55,670 nucleotides of DNA from an uncultured Candidatus Sumerlaeota bacterium (GTDB lineage Bacteria; CAYMEV01), in NCBI GenBank assembly GCA_964389675.1, contig CAYMEV010000006.1:91217-146886 (forward strand), in the 5' to 3' direction. Positions 48,135 to 55,670 of the stretch are shown here, piece after piece. The translations under genes and the position numbers were made by a program. Within the stretch, counting starts at the first letter, position 1, and the number at the start of each line of letters is the position of its first letter. Under the pieces are notes generated by a model that ran no database searches, was not told the origin of the DNA, and worked only from the letters and a program-made list of their open reading frames with translations.

Positions 48135-49384
48135 ATCTTCTCCTTATAAACCTTTTTAAGAAGCCGGAAAAAATCTCTGAAGGATTTTGATACAACATGG
48201 TGATTGTCTATCCTTACTCCCTCTTTACTGTTTAAGCCTGCAACTGCAAGGGACATGGCTATCCTGTGATCCCCGTAGCTGTGAGATACTCCCCCTTGTA
48301 TAATGCCGCCCTTTATCTCAAGGCACTCCCCCTTTTCTTCTATAGATGCCCCTATATTCCTAAATGCATCTACCAATGTCCTTGCCCTGTTCGATTCCTT
48401 ATGTATAAGCCTTTTTATTCCATGGATTTTTGAAATACCAGTACAGCTTAAGGCAAGGGCTGTTAACGGGGGAAAAAGGTCCGGGCAGTCGGAAGCATTA
48501 AATTCAAATGATCTTAAGACAGATTTCTCTACAGTAATAGCCTCTTCAGACACAGAGACCAGAGCCCCGGCATTCCTTAAAACATCAAGTATTGCTTTAT
48601 CTCCCTGTTTGGACTCCATATTGATATTATCCACCCTTACGATTCCTGATACTGCTCCTGCAACCAGAAAAAAGCTAATTGAAGACCAATCCCCCTCTAT
48701 TTCCTTTACTCTGAAAACAGGCCTGAATTTCTGATTACCCTTTACCTTAAAATAAGAATAATCCTTCTCATAGTCAAGAACGATCCCAAATTCCTCCAGT
48801 ATTGAAACAGTAAGGCTTATATAGGGCCTGCTGTTCAGCTTTTTAACATATATCTCAGAATCATAGGGACAGCAGGGCAGTGCAATAAGCAGGCCGGTAA
48901 GGAACTGGGAAGTAATACTTCCATCTATCATTACAGAGCCCCCCCTGATAGGCCCGCATATCTTAAGGGGCGGATAGCCGTTATCGGTCAGAACCTTAGC
49001 ACCAAGCTTCTTTAATGGTGACTCAATAAAATGCACAGGCCTTTTCAGCAAACTGCCCTTTGCATGCAAAAGATAGCAATTTGCAAATAATGACACCACA
49101 GGGGCAAACATTCTCAGGCACAGACCTGATTCATTGCACTGCAATGAGGTATTGTGCTCAGCGCTCCTGGGATAGACCGCTATATCATTATTATCTTTTT
49201 CCAGCCTGCAGCCCAGGTCAGCAATAACCTGAACGGCTGTATCAATATCATCGCACCCGGAGCTGTACCTGAGCGTAAGGGAATAATCACTTAGACAGGA
49301 TGCTGCCAGATATCTCTGCATGGCACTCTTGGATGATGGCGCAGTGATACGGCCTTCAATATTCCCCGGCTTAATATATATCAT
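48131..49384 (-). CDS. aroA: 3-phosphoshikimate 1-carboxyvinyltransferase (EPSP synthase)
   Basis: Motifs PSSKS, ESG..LR, SQFLTG, SRPY, CPDL, HKESNR and DHRIAM. Confidence 0.95.
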   Translation of the reverse strand: MIYIKPGNIEGRITAPSSKSAMQRYLAASCLSDYSLTLRYSSGCDDIDTAVQVIADLGCRLEKDNNDIAVYPRSAEHNTSLQCNESGLCLRMFAPVVSLFANCYLLHAKGSLLKRPVHFIESPLKKLGAKVLTDNGYPPLKICGPIRGGSVMIDGSITSQFLTGLLIALPCCPYDSEIYVKKLNSRPYISLTVSILEEFGIVLDYEKDYSYFKVKGNQKFRPVFRVKEIEGDWSSISFFLVAGAVSGIVRVDNINMESKQGDKAILDVLRNAGALVSVSEEAITVEKSVLRSFEFNASDCPDLFPPLTALALSCTGISKIHGIKRLIHKESNRARTLVDAFRNIGASIEEKGECLEIKGGIIQGGVSHSYGDHRIAMSLAVAGLNSKEGVRIDNHHVVSKSFRDFFRLLKKVYKEKI

Positions 49385-49576
49385 AAATTGTCCCTTCAGG
49401 CTTTTTATCAGTTTTTACCATATAAATTTCAAGGATTGCGGGTTTAAGCATTATGACTTATTTGTTGATTTTATATTATTTTATCATATGCTATGCTTAA
49501 TACAACAGAAATTTCAGAAACAAGGCTTGATTTTCCCCATCTTTTATAATTGATCAGCATATTACAGGAGATAAAA

Positions 49577-49861
49577 ATGGACCAAAAAGATTTTGAGAAT
49601 AATATGATCCTTAGGGACTACCTGGCCCGTGATCGTACATTCCTGGCAAATGAAAGGACAATGCTTGCCTACTTCAGGACAGCGATAATGGTATTTGCTT
49701 CCGGCATTACACTTATTAAGCTGTTCTTCAATGATTTCATCTTAAGGCTGCTGGGCATAATACTTCTTCCGTGTGCTTTCCTGATTATTTTGCTGGGAAT
49801 TTACAGATATGTAAAAACAAAGAATAAGATAAATAAAGCCTATCGGGATGTTAGAAAGTAG
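49577..49861 (+). CDS. DUF202/YidH-like small membrane protein
   Basis: Start revised to ATG 49577 (AGGAG RBS); LRDYLARDRTFLANERTMLAYFRT followed by 2 TM segments. Confidence 0.88.
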   Translation: MDQKDFENNMILRDYLARDRTFLANERTMLAYFRTAIMVFASGITLIKLFFNDFILRLLGIILLPCAFLIILLGIYRYVKTKNKINKAYRDVRK

Positions 49862-49880
49862 ATGTCTTTGATTTATACGG

Positions 49881-51170
49881 TCAGTCTCGGAATGCTATAT
49901 TCTCAACTATCCTTTCAGAAATGTGGCCGATATCTGTCTCATTCAGCATGAGGAAATCAGCACTTTTTAAATAAGATGCCAGCCTTGAAGACAAAAGGTC
50001 CTTAAGGCCAGCCACAGGATCTTTTATTTCAAAAAGAGGCCTTGAGCTGTTTTTTATCCTGTTTATAACTGTTTTCATTAATGACCAGAGGAGAACGATA
50101 TTGCAGTTTGATCTTATCAGTTCGCTGTTTGCGCTGTTCTGGACAGACCCGCCCCCAAAGCTGTAAACGGTATCATTGCTGAAGCTGATATCTGAAATCA
50201 CACTGGATTCCAGATCCCTGAAGGCTTTCTCCCCTTTTTCACTGAATATTTTCTCAATCTTCATGCCAGAAAGCCTTTCAATTTCACGGTCTGTATCAAA
50301 AACTTCAAGGCCCCTTTTCTCTGCTATGCACTGAGCTGTAAGAGTCTTGCCGGTTCCCATAAATCCTATTATGCCAAGGGGTTTCTTATCACATAAAGAT
50401 CCTGCTGGAAAACCTGGATAAGCTTCATCAACCTTTAAGCCAAAAAGAAGCTCAAAGCTCTTTATGAACTGGAAATAAAGCCATTTATAGCCTTCAATTA
50501 TACTGCATCCCATTTTCCGTGCATTATTGACAAGCTGTGATCTATAGTAGTTTGCATCAAAAACAATAAGATCGCTTCTTAGATACTCCACAGGGACAAT
50601 GTTTATACCTGAAGGCAGGCAGTTGATCAGGAGGTCTGAACTATCAAGGGCATCTCTCAGGCATTTTAGGCCCAGCACATTGCATCCGTATAACCTTACC
50701 AGGTCCTTTATCTTTTCTGCAGACCTGCATAATATTGTTACATCTCCTGCCCCGGCAGAACAGATGGCATGGCAGGCTGCCCTGGATGCCCCTCCAGAGC
50801 CTATGATAATAACCCTTCTTCTGCTTAATGAAATTCCCTTTAATGATTCAATCACACCCAGATAATCAGTATTAAACCCTGTAAGTCGGTTATCCTCAAC
50901 TTTAACAAGATTGACCGCATTTATCCTGGTTGCGGGTTCATCCAGCCTGTCAAGGAATGGAATGACTGATATCTTCAGCGGCGCTGTAATATTAAAGCCC
51001 TTCAGCCCAAGTTCCTTTACAAAAACCATAATATCCTCCGGCTTTACAGCATCGATCCTGAGATAATCCGCATCCAGATGATACTTTCTGAAATACCTGC
51101 AGAATAATTCAGGGCTCCTTGAGTGCAAAACAGGATGCCCGAATATTCCATATAAATCTCTAATGGGCAT
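49881..51170 (-). CDS. aroE: Shikimate dehydrogenase-shikimate kinase fusion (AroE-AroK)
   Basis: Start probably ATG 51170 (AGGAG RBS). AroE motifs: HSRSP, NITAPLK, AVN, NTD, GSGG. AroK motifs: GFMGTGKT, DTD, GEKAFRDLE, GGG, RPL. Confidence 0.92.
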   Translation of the reverse strand: MPIRDLYGIFGHPVLHSRSPELFCRYFRKYHLDADYLRIDAVKPEDIMVFVKELGLKGFNITAPLKISVIPFLDRLDEPATRINAVNLVKVEDNRLTGFNTDYLGVIESLKGISLSRRRVIIIGSGGASRAACHAICSAGAGDVTILCRSAEKIKDLVRLYGCNVLGLKCLRDALDSSDLLINCLPSGINIVPVEYLRSDLIVFDANYYRSQLVNNARKMGCSIIEGYKWLYFQFIKSFELLFGLKVDEAYPGFPAGSLCDKKPLGIIGFMGTGKTLTAQCIAEKRGLEVFDTDREIERLSGMKIEKIFSEKGEKAFRDLESSVISDISFSNDTVYSFGGGSVQNSANSELIRSNCNIVLLWSLMKTVINRIKNSSRPLFEIKDPVAGLKDLLSSRLASYLKSADFLMLNETDIGHISERIVENIAFRD

Positions 51171-51302
51171 TACTCCTGGCATATTTAATATAATAAGAGA
51201 ATTTATAGGAATTGAAAGCTTTTTATAAAATATTGCTTTAATTATTATCCTTATTGATTATATTAGGAGATAATAATCAAAACTAAGAACGAGGGTGATA
51301 AT

Positions 51303-52280
51303 ATGTTTCTTTATGACAAGGACTGCAGTCTGGATTACCTTTCTGGAAAAAGGATTGCCATGATCGGATATGGCGCACAGGGGCAGGCACAGGCATGCAA
51401 CCTCAGGGACTCGGGGCAGGATATTGTGGTTGGCCTTTATGACGGCAGCAGAAGCTGGAAAAAGGCAGAAGACGACGGGTTTTCAGTATATCTTACAGGC
51501 AGGGCTGTCCAGCTGTCGGATATAATAATGATCATGACAAATGATGAGAAACAGCCTGAAGTTTTTAAAAACGATATAAAGCCATTCTTAAGCAAAGGAA
51601 AATATATCGGCTTCTCCCATGGGTTTAATATCCACTTCTCTCAGATCATACCCTCAGATGATTTAAATGTATTCATGGTTGCACCGAAGGGGCCTGGTGC
51701 AGCTCTTAGAAGCAGATACCTTGCCAGTGGCGGCCTTCCATGCCTTATAGCTGTTTTTCAGGACCCGGGCGGAGATACAAGGGAAACAGCACTGGCGTAT
51801 GCTTCAGCCATTGGAGGAGGAAGGGCAGGAATTATTGAATCCAGTTTCGGGGAGGAAACTGAAACAGACCTTTTCGGAGAGCAGTCTGTTATCTGCGGTG
51901 GGATATCTGAGCTTATATCAGCCGGTTTTGATACCCTTATTGAAGCAGGATATAACCCGTATGTAGCCTATATTGAATGCCTTTTTGAAACAAAGGCCAT
52001 TGTTGACCTCATTATTGAAGGCGGAATCTCATATATGAGGCAAAGGATAAGCAATACTGCAGAATTCGGGGATTATGTATCAGGAAAGGCAGTGATCTCA
52101 GATGATGTCAGGAAGGAGATGAAAAGAATACTCGGGGATATACAGGCAGGGGAGTTTGCCAGGAAATGGAAGGAAGAAAACCAGTCAGGCCTGGCTTATA
52201 TGAAAGAGAGAAGGAAGATTCAGGAGGATAGCTTAATAGAACGGATAGGCCATAATTTCAGGAAAAACATAAAGACCTGA
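51303..52280 (+). CDS. ilvC: Ketol-acid reductoisomerase
   Basis: Motifs IGYGAQG, NLRDSG, FSHGFNIH, MVAPKGPG, ETETDLFGEQ and ISNTAEFG. Confidence 0.96.
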   Translation: MFLYDKDCSLDYLSGKRIAMIGYGAQGQAQACNLRDSGQDIVVGLYDGSRSWKKAEDDGFSVYLTGRAVQLSDIIMIMTNDEKQPEVFKNDIKPFLSKGKYIGFSHGFNIHFSQIIPSDDLNVFMVAPKGPGAALRSRYLASGGLPCLIAVFQDPGGDTRETALAYASAIGGGRAGIIESSFGEETETDLFGEQSVICGGISELISAGFDTLIEAGYNPYVAYIECLFETKAIVDLIIEGGISYMRQRISNTAEFGDYVSGKAVISDDVRKEMKRILGDIQAGEFARKWKEENQSGLAYMKERRKIQEDSLIERIGHNFRKNIKT

Positions 52281-52292
52281 CAGAAAATATAA

Positions 52293-52784
52293 TTAATTAT
52301 CCTCAATAGTATCAGATTTTTCAGGGCCTTCATCCGGTAAATCATTGTTCTCAGATACCAGAACGGCTAAAACTGCATCCAGCTGGTATTTCTGCAAAGC
52401 AAGGCCTCCAACCCCAAATGCAGTGATAGCAAAGCCCTGTGCATAATCCTTCACCATAAAGGTAAAGAATAATCCCAGAATTAATGAAAATACAAAACCG
52501 CCAATTCCCAGTATAAACCTCAGGTACTGCCATTCCCTGTTTTTTATGATTTTCCTTTTCTCCTTATCGGTCATGGAGTCAATATCGCCCATGCTTGCAA
52601 ATGCCATGACAAACCCCATAAAGAGCAAAGCCAGGCTCAGGTCTCTTATTCTGTTCTCCGGAGAGGAAAAAAAGAAAAACATTATTAGATATACAAGCCC
52701 CGCAATTAAGAAAGGATATCCAAGAAAGGATATCAGATGCATTGCCTTCTTTATTCCCATCAATCTCTCTTCTGTGTTTTTCAT
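52293..52784 (-). CDS. Hypothetical 4-TM membrane protein
   Basis: Four hydrophobic segments; AGGAG/AGGT upstream; follows aroB. Confidence 0.7.
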   Translation of the reverse strand: MKNTEERLMGIKKAMHLISFLGYPFLIAGLVYLIMFFFFSSPENRIRDLSLALLFMGFVMAFASMGDIDSMTDKEKRKIIKNREWQYLRFILGIGGFVFSLILGLFFTFMVKDYAQGFAITAFGVGGLALQKYQLDAVLAVLVSENNDLPDEGPEKSDTIEDN

Positions 52785-52816
52785 TACCTGTCTCTCCTTT
52801 TATGTAATATTGCTAA

Positions 52817-53860
52817 TCAGAGGCATAAATAGAGCTCTTCAAGCTCTTTCAGCCTTATCTTTTCAAGGGCAGGACTTGAGATATCCCTGAGGAAAACAAA
52901 ATGCATAAATTTATCTTCCTTTTTCTTATCCCGTTCAATGGATCTGATTATTTTCATTTTATCGACAGAAATATCCGTCTGTATATTATATTTCCCAAAC
53001 AGTTTTATGATCCTGTCATAGAGCCCGGCATTCATATATCCTTTTTTAACGGACATTTTCAGTGAGATTACCATTCCCAGCGCTACAGCTTCTCCATGGC
53101 TGAGGCCATACTCCATTTCAATTGCATGCCCGAAGGTATGCCCGAAATTGAGAATCCTCCTGATGCCTGTCTCCTTCTCGTCCTTTTCAACCACATCGAT
53201 CTTGACAGCTGAGGATCTATCTATAAGGCTTCTAATGGTGTCATCATCCATGCCTTTTATCCCTTCATATTCCTTTTCCATCAGAGCTAAAAGCTCTGGA
53301 CTGCCGATCAGACTGTGCTTGATTGACTCAGCGATTCCGCATAAAATTTGCTTTTTATCAAGTGTTCTAAGGTATTTTGTATCAAAAAGGATAAATTCCG
53401 GCTGGTAGAATGTACCGATATAGTTCTTTTGCCTTTCAAAGTTTACACCGTTTTTCCCTCCTATGCTTGCATCTACCTGTGCAAGAAGGGTTGTAGGCAC
53501 AAAACCGAGCCTAAGGCCTCTCTGGAATGTGGACGCTGCAAAGCCTGCAATATCACATACTATTCCGCCCCCTATCCCTATTATATAGCTGAACCTGTCG
53601 GCCTGGTAATCCAGAAGCCTGCTGTAAATGGCCTTCACCGTTGCAAGGTTCTTGACATCCTCTCCTGTGCCAATGACAATGACCTTAGATGGCCAGTACC
53701 TGCTTCTGTATGTACTGGATACATTCTCATCGGTTATCACAATGATATTTCCTGCTTTTATGCTGCTGATATAATCCTCAAAAACCCTGCCATATATCAG
53801 CTTTGTTTTTTTGGCTGCAAAGCTGATATTCCTGACTTCAGCATCCATTGGCCAGCTCAT
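52817..53860 (-). CDS. aroB: 3-dehydroquinate synthase
   Basis: Motifs [47 protein letters not shown] and DKK. Confidence 0.95.
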   Translation of the reverse strand: MSWPMDAEVRNISFAAKKTKLIYGRVFEDYISSIKAGNIIVITDENVSSTYRSRYWPSKVIVIGTGEDVKNLATVKAIYSRLLDYQADRFSYIIGIGGGIVCDIAGFAASTFQRGLRLGFVPTTLLAQVDASIGGKNGVNFERQKNYIGTFYQPEFILFDTKYLRTLDKKQILCGIAESIKHSLIGSPELLALMEKEYEGIKGMDDDTIRSLIDRSSAVKIDVVEKDEKETGIRRILNFGHTFGHAIEMEYGLSHGEAVALGMVISLKMSVKKGYMNAGLYDRIIKLFGKYNIQTDISVDKMKIIRSIERDKKKEDKFMHFVFLRDISSPALEKIRLKELEELYLCL

Positions 53861-55353
53861 TCTCCTTCATGGTAATCATTTTCTGTATTTATTTCCCATA
53901 TATTAGTTTTATCATACCTGTTTTTTATAATATTATCAACAGCTGTCATAGCAGTTAGAGATGAATGGTCTGAGTTGTTATACCTGTGCATTCCGTTCCT
54001 CCCGATAAGATACAGATTCCTGATCCTGCCGGTGAATTCAATTATCTCATTAAACCTGCCGTATGTCCCCAGGTATGCCGGATATGCCTTCGGCATCCTT
54101 ACAACTATGGAATCAGCCAAATCCCCCGGGGAGGCAAATCCCATCACTGCAAGCTCCTCCAAAGCAAACCTGACAAAATCCTTATCACTCATCCGCCAGT
54201 ATTCATCACCCTCGTTGACAAAATATTCCATCCCAACAAGCATCTTTTGCGGATCCCTGACCATGCAGGGGCTCCAGTTATTATAAATCTGCAGTCTCCC
54301 GGCCTTGATGTCCCTTTCCTGTATGTAGATCCAGTTATCTTTCAGGGGCCCTCCTTCCTTATCACTGGCATTTATGCCGGTTAAAAGGAGCCCTGCTGTC
54401 ATGAAATCCCTGTATATCAAACCCTGTGATACCTGGATAACAGTTTCCGGAATATTTCCCTCCATGGTATCAATAAGCTCTCTTACCGGCATGGATGAAA
54501 ATACATAATCAGCCATAACTTCTTCGACCAAACCGGTTCTTGTGTTTAGGACACTGACACCAGCTATCATGTCATCTTTAAGTCTTGTCTGGACAACCCT
54601 GCAGTTCTTGATTATACTGCCGCCTTTTCTCTTTATTATCTCAGATACTTCCTCCCAGAATTGCCCCGGGCCGTATCTGGGATAGAGAAACCTCTCGATC
54701 AGGCTTGTTTCAATCCCCTTCTGCGAAATTGAATTATCCCTGGATTTTGGCCTTATTGCCTGAAGGATTGCCTTTGTCACTGATAATCCCTTCACCCTCT
54801 GGGCACCCCAGTCAGAAGGCAGTTCACTGCAGGGAACCCCCCAGACCTTTTGCGTATAATCCCTGAAAAATACCCTGTAAAGCTCTTTTCCAAAGCGGTT
54901 GATAAAGAAATCCTCCAGGCTTTCCTCATTCCTTACTGGAAATAACCTTGCCTTAAGATAGCTTAGGCCAATCCTGCCTATCCGCGTTAGCCCAAGCTTT
55001 TTGAGGGTATCAAGATCAAGCCTTACAGGGTAATTAAACAATTTTCCTGAGAAAAGGATCCTGGAAAGCCTGTTCCGTATAAGAAAGCCCTTTTCAATTT
55101 TTTCCTGTTTAAACTCACCTGGATTCTCAACAGGGAGTACTTCCCTCCAGAATTCCATTACCCTGTCTGATTTGGAAAAAAACCTGTGCCCTCCCAGGTC
55201 TATCCTGTTGCCGTTGAACTTGACTGTCTGGGATATGCCCCCTGTTGCATCAGTTGCTTCATAAACAACAGGCTTTATATCTGTCTTTTTCAGCAGTTCA
55301 TAGGCTGCAGTCAAACCTGCAGGGCCTGCACCGATAATAATGGCTTTTTTCAT
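53857..55353 (-). CDS. FAD/NAD(P)-dependent oxidoreductase (protoporphyrinogen oxidase / UDP-galactopyranose mutase-like family)
   Basis: Motifs [45 protein letters not shown] and [14 protein letters not shown]. Confidence 0.85.
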   Translation of the reverse strand: MKKAIIIGAGPAGLTAAYELLKKTDIKPVVYEATDATGGISQTVKFNGNRIDLGGHRFFSKSDRVMEFWREVLPVENPGEFKQEKIEKGFLIRNRLSRILFSGKLFNYPVRLDLDTLKKLGLTRIGRIGLSYLKARLFPVRNEESLEDFFINRFGKELYRVFFRDYTQKVWGVPCSELPSDWGAQRVKGLSVTKAILQAIRPKSRDNSISQKGIETSLIERFLYPRYGPGQFWEEVSEIIKRKGGSIIKNCRVVQTRLKDDMIAGVSVLNTRTGLVEEVMADYVFSSMPVRELIDTMEGNIPETVIQVSQGLIYRDFMTAGLLLTGINASDKEGGPLKDNWIYIQERDIKAGRLQIYNNWSPCMVRDPQKMLVGMEYFVNEGDEYWRMSDKDFVRFALEELAVMGFASPGDLADSIVVRMPKAYPAYLGTYGRFNEIIEFTGRIRNLYLIGRNGMHRYNNSDHSSLTAMTAVDNIIKNRYDKTNIWEINTENDYHEGE

Positions 55354-55670
55354 GATTCTACCCGGTATGTTTTTTCAACAGAACACAGCTAAGATAGTAC
55401 AGATTTATGATTGGATAGGCAATAAATTTTAGATGAATGGCAAATTATCAAATAATTCAATTATATTAAAAAAGCTAATTCTCTCGTGATTCTGGATTAT
55501 ATGATATTAAAATAAGAATAATGTGTCTGGCGACAAATATTCCTACTCACCGTATTGCCTCATTCAAAAATGTTACCATAAAAATTAAATTTATAATAGC
55601 AATTTTAACATTAATTTTCCTTTTTTAAGTATTGCAGCTCAGACAAGAGTAAACTAAGCTTTTTGCCATT

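Noticed and set aside
1-55670. Mobile elements, prophage, defence systems, tRNA or rRNA
   Set aside because: I recognised no integrase, transposase, phage, nuclease or toxin motifs and no structural RNA signatures.

Overview
A gene-dense, roughly 40% GC (by eye) bacterial chromosomal segment, probably from an assembled scaffold: there is a 100-N gap at 17876-17975. The organism looks diderm (LolA-like and beta-barrel proteins) and anaerobic or microaerophilic (hcp, ferritin-like and Fe-S proteins); this is inference. About 42 CDS can be supported. They include a modular C25 gingipain-like protease, thiM-thiE, a BLUF-EAL photoreceptor, oligopeptidase B, a triple-FHA membrane protein, two cation:proton antiporters, an MCP, hydantoinase/oxoprolinase A/B, MarR-hcp-ferredoxin, ilvC and an interrupted shikimate cluster (aroB, aroE-aroK fusion, aroA, aroC). 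I found no rRNA, tRNA, CRISPR, integrase or transposase. The best candidate for an undescribed system is the tightly coupled minus-strand operon at about 20.8-29.2 kb. Its order is: possible 26-aa leader ORF, atypical threonine-synthase-like PLP enzyme, DUF1611/DgcN-like protein, PP-loop/Cys-cluster (MurL/QueC-like)::creatininase fusion, dipeptide epimerase, nicotinamidase-like protein, pncB. A Na+/solute symporter is transcribed divergently. Also notable is a spacer-less 30-bp tandem array of palindromic half-sites that spans the gap upstream of an antiporter. All calls come from motif recognition only; no searches were run.
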